Shown: positions 7,776 to 17,504 of the stretch, in pieces
Layout of the letters: each line of letters begins with the position of its first letter
How positions within the stretch are numbered: position 1 is the first letter of the stretch
IMG/VR virus record: IMGVR_UViG_3300030519_000023
Location: 1-53,315 of that record
Strand: one strand, 5' to 3'
Origin: a virus
Taxonomy: Duplodnaviria; Caudoviricetes
Length of the DNA stretch: 53,315 bases
Notes under the pieces: generated by a model
Databases searched by the model: none
What the model was told of the DNA's origin: nothing
Seen by the model: only the letters and a program-made list of their open reading frames with translations
Program-made: the position numbers and the translations under genes

Positions 7776-8000
7776 CTACTTTTTAGCGCCGGAGGCAATG
7801 CTCTGGGCCTCCCGCGTCCATGCGTCCACGTTCCCATCGTTGAGGCCCTGGTTGCGGATCCAGTCCAATCGGCTTCGGAAATGGTCCGAACCGGATGCGC
7901 GAATTTGACGTAATTTGTCTCGGTCGCGTCTCAAGTCCGCCTCGATCCCTGCTAGGAGAAGACGGGCGTCATCCATGGGGTCCTTCTTTGGCTCTGCCAC
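7776..8000 (-). CDS. Small helical hypothetical protein
   Basis: AGGAG RBS directly after the polyvalent gene. Confidence 0.6.
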   Translation of the reverse strand: MAEPKKDPMDDARLLLAGIEADLRRDRDKLRQIRASGSDHFRSRLDWIRNQGLNDGNVDAWTREAQSIASGAKK

Positions 8001-8008
8001 GTCCGCTC

Positions 8009-11000
8009 CTATGCCGCTGCCGGATTCGCTTGCCCTGCCCTGGCCCGAACTGCCTTCAGGTCCCCGGCCAGCCCGGAGTCATCCTGGAAGCCATTGGGAT
8101 CCTGGAAAATCTCGCCCAGGACGCCCTTGCGCTTGATGCGCTCCATGTTGTTCTTCTCCCATGGGTGATCAGCCTGGAGAGTGATGCTCTCGACGTTGTC
8201 CTTCTGCCCCAGGCGCCAGATGCGGGCCGTCCGCTGGTTGTGGACCATGGCCGTCGACGGGATGTCGTGGTGGATGATGCACTTCCCATGCTGGAGATTC
8301 AGCCCGGTGGCGCCGGCATCGCTCATGACGATCACGTCGGCCTGTCCGCTGTCGAACCGGGCCGCCTTCGCCGCCTTGTCCTTGGAACTGTCCTTGCCGG
8401 TGAGACTGGTGGCTTTGATCCCAGCTTTCTCCATGGCCGCCTGAATCGACGCGACGGCCTCCAGGTTGTGGCTAAAAATGACGACCGGCTTTCCCTCGGC
8501 GATGCGCTCCTTGGCGATGCGAACATGCTCCGCCATCTTGCCGCCCTCGGGATCCAAGTTGATGATCCGGTTCATAGCCGATTCACGCATGGTCCCGACG
8601 GCTTTTCGCACCTTCTCGGCGATGGCCTGGTGGTCGGCCTCGGGCTTCCCGTCGAAGGACTTGGGTGCCAGCATCTTGGCCCATTTCACGGTGTCGGGGG
8701 CCCCGGTGCGGAGTTTCCCGCTGGCCAGCTCCACCTGGTCCACGGCCTGGTGCTGCTTGTCGGTAAGGGCGACCGACGGATTGGACTTGTAGCATTCCTT
8801 CCCTGGGTCGACGCGGCCGTTGAACCAGTACCGGGCCAGTTCCTGAGCCATGGACTTCTTTGCCAGGGGCGCGTCGTTCTTGTATCGCCGCATGAATTCG
8901 TCCTTCGACTCGGGCGGATACTTGTGAGGGTCGATCTTGTTCAGGTTTGACCAGACCTCCGACACGTCGTTTTTGAGGGGGTCGCCCGTGGCCATTACGA
9001 CATGCTCAGAGTTGTAGGAGTGGGCATCCAGCACCTTGCTCCAGGTGGAATCCTCCTTTCCATCCCGGTCCAGGGCGCCGTGGGCCTCGTCCACCATCAT
9101 GGCGTTGAAGTCGATCCCAGCCTTGATGAACGCTTCCTTGACGGATGCAGCGGCGTCCTTGGGGGATGCCGAATGCAGAAATTCCCTGGCACCCTCGGGC
9201 CCGCTGCCCAGGTGGTCGCCCAGGATCTTTAGGGTATCGTCCCGAAGGGTCTGGTGGGTCACGACGACCGCCTGCTGGTCGGGGTCGCGGTAGGCGGCCA
9301 GCCTCTCGTCGTAGCTCTCGCCCGGGGCGGCATGGACATGAAAGCCGCTGGATGGGTCGATGAACCGGATGGCTTCGGCGCCGAACTGGGCCTGGACGAC
9401 CGACGGGACGGCGATGATGCCCTTCTTGAGCTTCCCCTGCTGGTGAAGGGTCGTGAGGCTGCCCAGCATGATCGGGGTCTTGCCGCTGCCGGCGCCATAG
9501 AAAAGCCCCATCCGTTTGAGCTGGGTGATCGCCTTGACGGCCCTCTGCTGCTGGACGTATTTCCCGCTCATGTGGAGCCCGTCCTGGACGTTCACTGACC
9601 CCTTTCGCCCAGCAAAGGGCGCCGACGCGGCCGGCATGAGCCCCCGGATTTGGTTCTCCAGGGCAGTCCCAAGGTGGTAGCGTTCCCCGGGCGCCAGCTC
9701 GGGCTTCTCCCATGCGGCAGCCGGCGCCTCCTCTCTCCCGGGCTCCGGCTCCTCGGTTTCGTTCAAGTTGAATAGGGCCCCGTCCTGGACCTTTGCTAGG
9801 GCCTGGGCTGCCTTCGCCTCCTTGAGCTTGTCTCCGACCTTCCCCGCCCCGAACTGGCCGCCGCCCTTCTTCTGGAGCTTCGCCTGTTGGGACTTGCGAT
9901 CTGCGGCCAGGGCCTCGGCCTCCTTGTCTCCCAAGGTCATCTGGAGGTGCGCCTGGGCCCCGGAAATGTCGGCCGTCGCCATCTGGAGCTTCTGGCCGGT
10001 CAGGTGGTGGTAGTGGTCGTGGAAGGCTTCATTGAGCTGCCCCCGCATCACGTCCTGGATGGCGCCCTGGGCGAACTTGGTCCCACCCATCCGCTGGATG
10101 TAGCTGTCCCAAAGGGTCGGCTTGGTGGCGTCCTCGTGATATTCGGATTCGAGCTGCTGCCGCTTGTTGTTCCACTCCACCCATTTGTCCGACGCGGCTC
10201 CCTCAGCGTCGGCCGCGTCGTCGTCGCTCATGCCGGCGAATAGATTCATGGACTGGACTTCGGCGTTGGTCTTCTCGGGCTCGGGGCCCAGGTTGCCGAT
10301 GGCCTGGTCGAATTTCCACTTCTTGGCGTCGTCGCTGTTCGCCTTGCCGCCGAAGTGTTCCTTGTAGAAGAAGTCCCGGATGGCCGACGCGTGTTCGTGG
10401 GTCAGTTCGCCCTGGGGGATATAGGCGGCGGCCAGCCGGGGATCCTTGGCCAGTGCCCGGTGAAGTGCCTCATGGAAGTTTCCATCGTCCTGCACCCGCT
10501 GGCCCTGGAGGGTCGTTCCTGCCTCATTGGGGTTCGCGGCCATGTAGCCCTGCATCATGGGATCCAAGTCGGCTGCGATCTCGTGGGGGGCCCGGACGCG
10601 GGTCTTGAGCATGGGCTTCCCGTTGATCTCTATGGGCTTCCCGGTCTCCTTGTCCTTTTCCTGAATGGGCTGGCTCTTGGCGTCCTTTTCCACGACCCGC
10701 AGGGGGACCATCTCGTTCATGGCTGCGTCCCAATGAGCCTGAGCTTCCGGGGAGAGGTCCAGCTTGGCCCCGCCATAGACGCTGGCAACGATGTCCTCGG
10801 GTCGTTCCCCGTCGGCCAGCCGTGAGCCCATCCATGCCTGGAGCTTCCCCTTCACCGCCTCAGCGTCGTCTCCGTCCTGGATATCGTGGTGCCGCTGGAA
10901 TTCGGCGGGCTCCATTTCGGGGTTGGAATACCGGTCGGCCAGCCGATTGGCGAACCCAGCCGGGATCCAGTTGTCCTCATCCTGCTGGCCACCCTTGAGA

Positions 11001-13483
11001 GACAAGGCCACCTCCCTCTCGCCCAGGGCCGCGCAATCCACCGGCTTGACCATGGCGTCCATAGCTGCGCCCTGGGCGGTGATGACGGCCTCCCCGTCCT
11101 CGTGGCTGATCTGGTAGCTTCCCTCGGGCATCCCAAGGGCGGCTGCCGTCATGACTGCCTTCTCAGGGGTCATCTTGCCCAGAGGGATCTGGTACTCGTT
11201 CAGAGGGGTGGAGTGGAGGGCGGCGATCAGGGCAGCTCTCGCTTCCAGTCGCCCCAGGGCCCCGCCCAGGACCCGACGCGCCTCTTTCAGGGCCTCCACC
11301 TTATTCTTCTGGATCTCTACAGCGGCCGGGATGTCGTGAGCTACTTCCAGGAGTTCCTGGTCACATTGGGCAGCCTTGGCCCGGAGAGCCTGGGCGTCCT
11401 CGGTCACCTGGGGAAGCAAGGTCTCCTGCTCTTGGAGGTGGTGGTGCTCCAGAGCCTCCAGGACGGCTTGCTGGTCCTCGGGGCTGAAGTTCTGCCGAAG
11501 GGCACGGGCGACGACGTGGGCAGCCCCCTCGGGCCCCAGGCACTCAACAACGTCCCGGTCGATCATTCCCTGGCCCAGGGCCGCCAGGCCGACATCGTGC
11601 AGAAGGTCAAAGGCGCCGGCTCCCCGGCTCTGGTGCATTCCCTCCATTTCGCCGGTCTTGAACGGGTCGATGTCGCTCCCCTCGGGGAATCTCTCGCCCA
11701 CCTCCTCCAGGAATCCCTGGACGTGCTGGGTCAGGAGCTGCTCGTGCAGGGACTGGACCAGGGCTTCGTGTTCCTCGGGGGTGCCGACGGCCATCTGGAA
11801 CCCCGGCTCGAAGGTGATCCCCTTCTTGGCTGCCATCTGCTGTTTGTAGGTCGCCCGGAGTGCCTGGCGGGCCCGCAGGAGGTGGGCCAGGGTCTCATTG
11901 GACTCCAGGGATTCCTTCACGGCGTCACGCATGGCGGCGGCCTTCTGTGCCTGGAGGTCTTTAGTCGCCTTGTGAATCTGGATGTTCGCGGCCTGTTCCT
12001 CCGGGCTCTTGGGGCCCGTAGCCTCCTTGGGCGCCTTGCCTTCGGCAGCTTGAATCTCGTTCACGGCAGCCATCAGCTTTTCGCTGGTCATGCCGGCCTT
12101 CTCTGCCCGCTCGGCCAGCTTCTGGTTGTAGCCGGGCCCGGACTTGCCCTGGGTTTCCGAGAGGATGGCGTCCAGGTCCATAGGGGAATCCCCGCCGACC
12201 AAGTTGATCCCGCTGGCTCCCCGGGCCTCGGCGTCCAAGAGAACCTTCTTCTCTGCCTCGGCGACGATCTTCTTGGCCTCGGCCAGCCGGGCCCGGTGCG
12301 CCTCCTTGGCAACCTTGGGGTCGTCCTCGCCCTTGAACAGATCCTCATGGTCGCCGCCCTGGCCACCTGTGGCGGTTCCCAGGACGTCGTTGATGAACTT
12401 GTCCTCGGCCTGCTTGCGCTCCGCCCGAGCCCCGTCAGAGACCTCCCGCTCCTTGGCGAGGTCATCGGGTGACAGGCTGGCCTTCCGCTTCGCCTCGGCC
12501 TCGCGGCGGCCCTTGGCGTTGGCCCTGGACTCCTCCTTGTATTGTGCCGGGTTCTTCAGGCCATGCAGTCGGAGCCCATTCAGTTTTCCCTGGGCGCCAC
12601 CGATGACGCGGGCAGCGCCGTTGCTACCCTGGATCGGCTGGATGAGGAGAGGGTGGCCCTTGGAACCGGGCCCGTCGGGGTGCGCGGTAATCCAGTGGGC
12701 CCCGGCGGGGATGGGGTCTCCGCCCTTGACGATGGTGCGCCAGCCGTCACGCCGTCGCTGGTCCTCGGCGCAATGACAGCAGTTGAGCCCGTCGCCTTGG
12801 TAGTCCGGTGGCTTCGGGCCACCGCACCGGGCCTTGCAACCATCCGGCCTCGGGAAAATCCAGCCGTGCCCAGAATTAGGCATGTCGGGGTCCCAAAGCT
12901 GTAAGCCCTCTGCTTCGCTCTTGGCGATGGTCCGGGTGGCGTTCTCATCTGCCAGCCAGTCCTTGAAGTCGTCGATGGTGTGGGCGGCGATGGAGTGGAA
13001 GCCGTCCCAGCCCTTGCTGTAGTTGGCGAAGTAGGCAGCCTTGGCCTCCGCCTCGGTGTCCCATCCGATCATGACCTTGTGTTCATCGAATTCGCCAGAG
13101 AGCGGATCCACCTGATTGACGATGAAGACCGACTGGCTCTCCGGGTTGGGCCCGACAAAGCAATCCACCCCGTCCCCGTCTGCCCCGAAGGACCGCTTGC
13201 AAAATCCATAATGGTTGGCCATCTTGACCGACCACTTCGTCCCGCAGGAGTCAACCCCGCTTCGGATACTCCCGACGGGATTCTCAATGGCGATGGGGAT
13301 CCCCTGGACGACGATGTGCCCGCGCCGGCCGCCCTCCCGTGGCTCGGCCTTCCCTGCCTGTCGATCCAGATCTGGGGTGGTCAAGGGCTTGATCTTCAGG
13401 GCGATAGTGGGGGTCCAGCCGACGGGAATCAGCCACCCGGTTTCCCCGGATTCGTTATCGGTAAAGGGGATTCCGGCGTTCAT
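8009..13483 (-). CDS. Large polyvalent protein: InPase-like domain, Cys motif, HWIT module and C-terminal SNF2/SF2 helicase
   Basis: IENPVGSIRSG...HYG...GADGDGVDCFVG...FDEHKVMIG (InPase); helicase motifs GAGSGKT, VDEAH, ATGDP, GLNLQ, QRTARIWRLGQ; ATG at 13483 after GAGG. Confidence 0.88.
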   Translation of the reverse strand: MNAGIPFTDNESGETGWLIPVGWTPTIALKIKPLTTPDLDRQAGKAEPREGGRRGHIVVQGIPIAIENPVGSIRSGVDSCGTKWSVKMANHYGFCKRSFGADGDGVDCFVGPNPESQSVFIVNQVDPLSGEFDEHKVMIGWDTEAEAKAAYFANYSKGWDGFHSIAAHTIDDFKDWLADENATRTIAKSEAEGLQLWDPDMPNSGHGWIFPRPDGCKARCGGPKPPDYQGDGLNCCHCAEDQRRRDGWRTIVKGGDPIPAGAHWITAHPDGPGSKGHPLLIQPIQGSNGAARVIGGAQGKLNGLRLHGLKNPAQYKEESRANAKGRREAEAKRKASLSPDDLAKEREVSDGARAERKQAEDKFINDVLGTATGGQGGDHEDLFKGEDDPKVAKEAHRARLAEAKKIVAEAEKKVLLDAEARGASGINLVGGDSPMDLDAILSETQGKSGPGYNQKLAERAEKAGMTSEKLMAAVNEIQAAEGKAPKEATGPKSPEEQAANIQIHKATKDLQAQKAAAMRDAVKESLESNETLAHLLRARQALRATYKQQMAAKKGITFEPGFQMAVGTPEEHEALVQSLHEQLLTQHVQGFLEEVGERFPEGSDIDPFKTGEMEGMHQSRGAGAFDLLHDVGLAALGQGMIDRDVVECLGPEGAAHVVARALRQNFSPEDQQAVLEALEHHHLQEQETLLPQVTEDAQALRAKAAQCDQELLEVAHDIPAAVEIQKNKVEALKEARRVLGGALGRLEARAALIAALHSTPLNEYQIPLGKMTPEKAVMTAAALGMPEGSYQISHEDGEAVITAQGAAMDAMVKPVDCAALGEREVALSLKGGQQDEDNWIPAGFANRLADRYSNPEMEPAEFQRHHDIQDGDDAEAVKGKLQAWMGSRLADGERPEDIVASVYGGAKLDLSPEAQAHWDAAMNEMVPLRVVEKDAKSQPIQEKDKETGKPIEINGKPMLKTRVRAPHEIAADLDPMMQGYMAANPNEAGTTLQGQRVQDDGNFHEALHRALAKDPRLAAAYIPQGELTHEHASAIRDFFYKEHFGGKANSDDAKKWKFDQAIGNLGPEPEKTNAEVQSMNLFAGMSDDDAADAEGAASDKWVEWNNKRQQLESEYHEDATKPTLWDSYIQRMGGTKFAQGAIQDVMRGQLNEAFHDHYHHLTGQKLQMATADISGAQAHLQMTLGDKEAEALAADRKSQQAKLQKKGGGQFGAGKVGDKLKEAKAAQALAKVQDGALFNLNETEEPEPGREEAPAAAWEKPELAPGERYHLGTALENQIRGLMPAASAPFAGRKGSVNVQDGLHMSGKYVQQQRAVKAITQLKRMGLFYGAGSGKTPIMLGSLTTLHQQGKLKKGIIAVPSVVQAQFGAEAIRFIDPSSGFHVHAAPGESYDERLAAYRDPDQQAVVVTHQTLRDDTLKILGDHLGSGPEGAREFLHSASPKDAAASVKEAFIKAGIDFNAMMVDEAHGALDRDGKEDSTWSKVLDAHSYNSEHVVMATGDPLKNDVSEVWSNLNKIDPHKYPPESKDEFMRRYKNDAPLAKKSMAQELARYWFNGRVDPGKECYKSNPSVALTDKQHQAVDQVELASGKLRTGAPDTVKWAKMLAPKSFDGKPEADHQAIAEKVRKAVGTMRESAMNRIINLDPEGGKMAEHVRIAKERIAEGKPVVIFSHNLEAVASIQAAMEKAGIKATSLTGKDSSKDKAAKAARFDSGQADVIVMSDAGATGLNLQHGKCIIHHDIPSTAMVHNQRTARIWRLGQKDNVESITLQADHPWEKNNMERIKRKGVLGEIFQDPNGFQDDSGLAGDLKAVRARAGQANPAAA

Positions 13484-13612
13484 GGGTGCCTCAAAATTCG
13501 ACTTGCAATCCTGCTTGGACGGGGGCATATTTCTGGAGTGCAACAGGGGGGCGGAATATAGCCGGACCAATCCCCAAGTAGGCCCGTCCGAGGCTACCCC
13601 TTTGGCGGGCCA

Positions 13613-14260
13613 TCACTTTGCCTCGGAATCGTTCTGGATTTCGATCACGACGCTCTTGGCTTCAGCCGTCTCCGTTGGCCTTGCCGCTTCCATTTCGTAC
13701 CCGGATACGACCCAGGTCGGAACGGTGTCAGTGGGAAGGGCCGGGTTGTCATAGAAGGGCGATAGGGTTACCTGGTGCTTCCCGCTGGTGGCCCATATTT
13801 GGGGCGTCGTGCTGGGGCGCCGGTTGTCTTTCCCTGGGGGCTCGACCTTCAAGTCTCCACGAACAAGGCATTCCGCCATCCCCCTCATGCAAGCCGCCAA
13901 GTCCTGCCCCCGTTTGGCCCGCTGGTCGATAATATGTTCCAGCCGCTCGTATTCCAGCCCGATTGGGCCAAGTCGCATATGCTTCGTGGTCATGTAGGGC
14001 GGGTGCCCCTTCCCTTTTTGGAGCTGGAGGATGGCGGCATAGGTCGCCTTGACCCGCTGATCCTCAAGCTGCGCGAAGGCGGCCTGATCAACCCACCGGA
14101 CACTGGCCTTAACGGGATGCAATCCGCCCTTCCCGTCATGGCTGAAATGCGCCCGAACCGTGACTGCCCGCTGGGCCTTTTCGATGGGGCGGCCGGAAGT
14201 CACGGCGTTGAAGGCATCCGTCAACAGGTGCCAGAGCAAATACCCACTCGGGGGTTCCAT
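13613..14260 (-). CDS. Putative PBECR (barnase/EndoU/colicin/RelE-like) RNase effector
   Basis: LEHIIDQR...WVVSGYE pattern; RPIEKA site followed by a tag-like segment. Confidence 0.5.
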   Translation of the reverse strand: MEPPSGYLLWHLLTDAFNAVTSGRPIEKAQRAVTVRAHFSHDGKGGLHPVKASVRWVDQAAFAQLEDQRVKATYAAILQLQKGKGHPPYMTTKHMRLGPIGLEYERLEHIIDQRAKRGQDLAACMRGMAECLVRGDLKVEPPGKDNRRPSTTPQIWATSGKHQVTLSPFYDNPALPTDTVPTWVVSGYEMEAARPTETAEAKSVVIEIQNDSEAK

Positions 14261-14805
14261 CAGTCCACCAGGTCGGTCTTGGGGTTCACTTTCTTCTTCT
14301 TGGGCTCGTCCGTCCCGGGCATGGCGATCTCTTTCCCGGGCAGTTTGAAGGCGTTCCCCTTGTGGGGGATGTCGGTGGCCTGGGACGACTCGGTGTCGTA
14401 GCGCGGCTCCTCCATGAGGCCCTGGCGGGTGGCCGTGGAATATGCGTCGGTGCCGAGCTGCCACTTCAGGAACCCATCGGGAAGGGTGCCCACACCGGGG
14501 ACATCGCTGGCGGCCTTGGCGATGGGGCGCTCTCCCTCCGGCGCCGGCCGACCTTCCTCCATCCAGTCCAGGATCCGCCCGGAGATGGCGCGGCCCCGGC
14601 GGCTGTCGCCCTGACTCGACTTGACGATGGTGCGGAGTCGATCCATGGGCAGCCCGTCCATCACGGCCTGATGAATCGCATCGGCAGCCCCGACGCTCTC
14701 GGGCAGCTCCTGGATGGACTTGGTGATGGCGCGGGGCGACTGTGACGCCATGGCCAGGGCCTGGATGGCGGAAAAGAAACGGACTTCGAGGGAATGGTTG
14801 TCCAT
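14260..14805 (-). CDS. Probable internal head protein with three maturation sites
   Basis: RAITKS, RTIVKS and RPIAKA; GGAG RBS. Confidence 0.65.
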   Translation of the reverse strand: MDNHSLEVRFFSAIQALAMASQSPRAITKSIQELPESVGAADAIHQAVMDGLPMDRLRTIVKSSQGDSRRGRAISGRILDWMEEGRPAPEGERPIAKAASDVPGVGTLPDGFLKWQLGTDAYSTATRQGLMEEPRYDTESSQATDIPHKGNAFKLPGKEIAMPGTDEPKKKKVNPKTDLVD

Positions 14806-14822
14806 GACGGCTCCAGAATGGC

Positions 14823-15344
14823 TTAGAAGGTGGTGGTGACGACCTTCCGCCAGGTGTTCGTGGCAATGCAAATGCAGAGCTGTCCCGCATCGGCCCAAAT
14901 CTGACCCTTGATACCAGCGGCCGAGCTGTTGGCGGGAGCGGCAGAGACGAAGGAAAGAGGATCCGCTACCCATGCCGTCCCGGTGTAGGTCACGAACCCG
15001 CCGACGTCCTGGACGTAAAGATTCATTCCCGTCTTGGGCGCCATGAAGTCCCATTCAAAGGAGTAGGGATTGGGCTTACCATCCTTGACGATCTGAGGAT
15101 TGCAGATAGCCAAGTTGCCAGCCTGACCCGACCAAGCCCCGGTGGCGCCAGCGGGAACGATGTAGAGGTCGCCCTGAGTCGGCCCGGTGGGAGGAGTGGT
15201 AGTGGTCGCCGACTTGGGGCCACCATGCAGGAGGGCGTCCAGGATGAAGACCAGCCCGGAAATGTCCCCATTCAGAGGGACCGCCAGAGGCATCGCCAGA
15301 CTGGGGGAAACTTTGGTAGCGGGGGTGGTATTGATAACGGGCAT
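14823..15344 (-). CDS. DUF2793-domain fibre or decoration protein
   Basis: PPTGPTQGDLYIVPAGATGAWSGQAGNLA...WDFMAPKTG; C-terminal GIKGQIWAD..LCICIATNTW fibre motif. Confidence 0.8.
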   Translation of the reverse strand: MPVINTTPATKVSPSLAMPLAVPLNGDISGLVFILDALLHGGPKSATTTTPPTGPTQGDLYIVPAGATGAWSGQAGNLAICNPQIVKDGKPNPYSFEWDFMAPKTGMNLYVQDVGGFVTYTGTAWVADPLSFVSAAPANSSAAGIKGQIWADAGQLCICIATNTWRKVVTTTF

Positions 15345-15434
15345 CGGGGGCTCCTCGCGGGTGGCGTAAAGCCCAACCCTGCCAGGAACCCCCGATGCGA
15401 ACCGCTAGGGCCAAGCCCTACCGTGCCCCTAATG

Positions 15435-15812
15435 CTAGGTTAAATCATCGTCGATCCATGGCCGAATCCGCCCCTTCGCCGGCTTCGGCGGAGCGAGGCG
15501 TGAACGCTGGAGGCCATTCATGCTGCTCCAGCACCCCATGTACGCATCGTGCCGGTCGTTCTCGATCACACTCCCCTTGAAGTTGGGGTAGTTCAGGGCC
15601 ATGACTTCCCGGGTCAGAGCGATTGCCACCTCCTGTCGGGAAATCAGGGTGCGAAAACGATAGTCGTGATTGGCAGTTTCCGAGACCTTAGCCTTCGGAA
15701 AGACTCGCTCTAGGTCACCCTTAACCCGGCCTCGGACCAGGAGCCGATCCTTGGGATCCCCGGCTGGCGGCTGGACGATAGACAGAAACGCATCATTGAG
15801 AAAAACCCACAC
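15435..15812 (-). CDS. Conserved-type hypothetical protein (MWxF..F.S.V / LVRxR / DY.FR / Y.NFK), separately promoted
   Basis: GTG start with GAGG RBS; motif pattern recalled from a widespread uncharacterised family. Confidence 0.75.
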   Translation of the reverse strand: MWVFLNDAFLSIVQPPAGDPKDRLLVRGRVKGDLERVFPKAKVSETANHDYRFRTLISRQEVAIALTREVMALNYPNFKGSVIENDRHDAYMGCWSSMNGLQRSRLAPPKPAKGRIRPWIDDDLT

Positions 15813-15853
15813 TCTAAACCTCCTCGAAAGCCGTTGCAGCGGCGGTATGTCTT

Positions 15854-15882
15854 AATATCGGCCCAAAGCGACCGTAAGTCAA
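15854..15882 (-). promoter_or_regulatory. Sigma70-like promoter for the 15435-15812 gene
   Basis: TTGACT-N17-GATATT, the same architecture as the 7718-7746 promoter. Confidence 0.6.
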
Positions 15883-15902
15883 GAATGGAATTGGACAGCA
15901 CG

Positions 15903-15925
15903 AGAAAACCCCCTTTCGGGGGCGT
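15903..15925 (-). terminator. Rho-independent terminator after the Nudix gene
   Basis: GCCCCC-GAAA-GGGGGT followed by TTTCT. Confidence 0.75.
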
Positions 15926-15927
15926 TC

Positions 15928-17043
15928 TCAAAAATCCATGTCTTGCCAGAATCCAGTGGGTTCCTCGGGGGCGCCCTTGGGGGCCTTCGGCGGCGGGACG
16001 TATTTTGGAACCGGCCGAGGCCCAGCTCCCAGAGCCTCAGCCAGCCCGTGGTCGGTGGCCATGTTGAGGTAGTGGTAGAGGAGAGACCGGGGCACCAGGG
16101 AGACCGCCTGGCTCTCCCAACCGCAATCCGTTGGGGTTCCCCCGACGCGCCTGGCCGTGTAGTACCTGGCCGTCGTGGTGGTCCTCTGGACATCCTCCAA
16201 GAACCCGGTGATCTCCGCCTTCAGTCCGCACTCCTCGAATGCCTCCCGGATCGCGGTGGCCTGGAGGGCGTCGTCCCCGTCGACGTGGCCCTTGGGGAAC
16301 GAGCCCCGGTAGCCTCCGAACTGGTTGGTGGGATGGATAACCCAGACCCGGCCGTCGGGCTCCTCGATCACCAGCCCGGCGGCCGGCGCCTTCCCCTCGG
16401 GGAGGGGGGGCTCCTGAATGGTCGGGTCCTGGCCCTCAACCTCCATCCAGTCCTCGTCCGTCGTCGGGTGGTCGGCCCAGGGCGCCATGGCGACCCCGTT
16501 TAGGGACGCGGGGGCCTTCCCGCCCGGGATCCAGGTTGCGACGGCACTGGGGTCCTCCCAGGTGTCCGCCCCGGTGGCCTTGGACGGATCCTTGATATAG
16601 GCGTCATTCCCCTTCTCGTCCAGCTTGGGGTGCTTCTTGGCCCCAGGGTTGTGCTTGAGGAAATAGGCCAGTTGTTCCTCGGGGGTGTATTTCGGCTTCT
16701 CCGGGGCTCCTTCCGGCTTCGCCCAGGACCACTTCCCGGACGGGGCCTGGCCGGCGGAGTGCGAGGGGGCCTGGCCGGTCTTGCCGGGGATCTTGAACGG
16801 GGCCGACGTGACCGGCTTCGATGCCTGGGTGCCGAAGTGGTTGTTCTTCCACGGCTGGTAGCCGATCTTGTCGTCCGGGTTGACGTGCTTTGGCGGCGGG
16901 GCCGGCGCCATGTTGACCGGCTTCAGGTTCTTGGGGGCGGCTTTGGATGGCGGGGCCTGGGCGGCGGCCCGGGAGTCCTCATGCTCGGGGATCCAGACCC
17001 GCTTGCCGTTGAATTCGCGGAAGAAACCCTTGATCTCCCTCAT
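15928..17043 (-). CDS. Nudix hydrolase with N-terminal tag and Pro/Lys-rich linker
   Basis: Nudix box PKGHVDGDDALQATAIREAFEECGL; ATG at 17043. Confidence 0.88.
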   Translation of the reverse strand: MREIKGFFREFNGKRVWIPEHEDSRAAAQAPPSKAAPKNLKPVNMAPAPPPKHVNPDDKIGYQPWKNNHFGTQASKPVTSAPFKIPGKTGQAPSHSAGQAPSGKWSWAKPEGAPEKPKYTPEEQLAYFLKHNPGAKKHPKLDEKGNDAYIKDPSKATGADTWEDPSAVATWIPGGKAPASLNGVAMAPWADHPTTDEDWMEVEGQDPTIQEPPLPEGKAPAAGLVIEEPDGRVWVIHPTNQFGGYRGSFPKGHVDGDDALQATAIREAFEECGLKAEITGFLEDVQRTTTTARYYTARRVGGTPTDCGWESQAVSLVPRSLLYHYLNMATDHGLAEALGAGPRPVPKYVPPPKAPKGAPEEPTGFWQDMDF

Positions 17044-17504
17044 TACCCCTCCCCGGTCAGAAGGAATTTGATGGCACTCTTGACGGCCCGCTGGAGCATG
17101 AAGCCAACCCATTCCGGGTCCTCGTCTCCACCATGGAGATCATTCGCCGACTTCACGACCTGGGTAGCCAAGAACAGGAAGAATGCCTGGCCCGGATCCT
17201 GACTGGGTTCCTCGAATTTGACCGACCGCTGGGCCCTTACGTGAGCCCCCAGACGGTCGGGAGTATTCCATTCGGTGGCGTAGAACGTTGGGTCCTTCCC
17301 CATGAAGGCGTCACCCAAGACCGTAGCCTTCAAGCGAATGGCAGCCATGGCATCGTCCCTGGTTGCCACTCCTTTCCCGAAGGAGTCGTAATCCTTTAGG
17401 ACATCGGCCACGAATTTCTGAACGATGGCGCCCACGTCGCCCAGGTCATTGAGGGCAACCTTCCCTTTTGGCTGGTGGTCGAAGTTCAGCGAGTTTCCGA
17501 TCAT
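17043..17504 (-). CDS. Helical hypothetical protein coupled to the kinase-ART gene (candidate immunity or partner)
   Basis: Overlaps both neighbours; no enzyme motif; no tag. Confidence 0.65.
   Translation of the reverse strand: MIGNSLNFDHQPKGKVALNDLGDVGAIVQKFVADVLKDYDSFGKGVATRDDAMAAIRLKATVLGDAFMGKDPTFYATEWNTPDRLGAHVRAQRSVKFEEPSQDPGQAFFLFLATQVVKSANDLHGGDEDPEWVGFMLQRAVKSAIKFLLTGEG

Noticed and set aside
13484-13570. Upstream extensions given by the ORF track (also 3610-3927, 14261-14890, 23880-24059, 33182-33463)
   Set aside because: Better starts with RBS or translational coupling lie downstream; most extensions overlap neighbouring genes or intergenic control regions.
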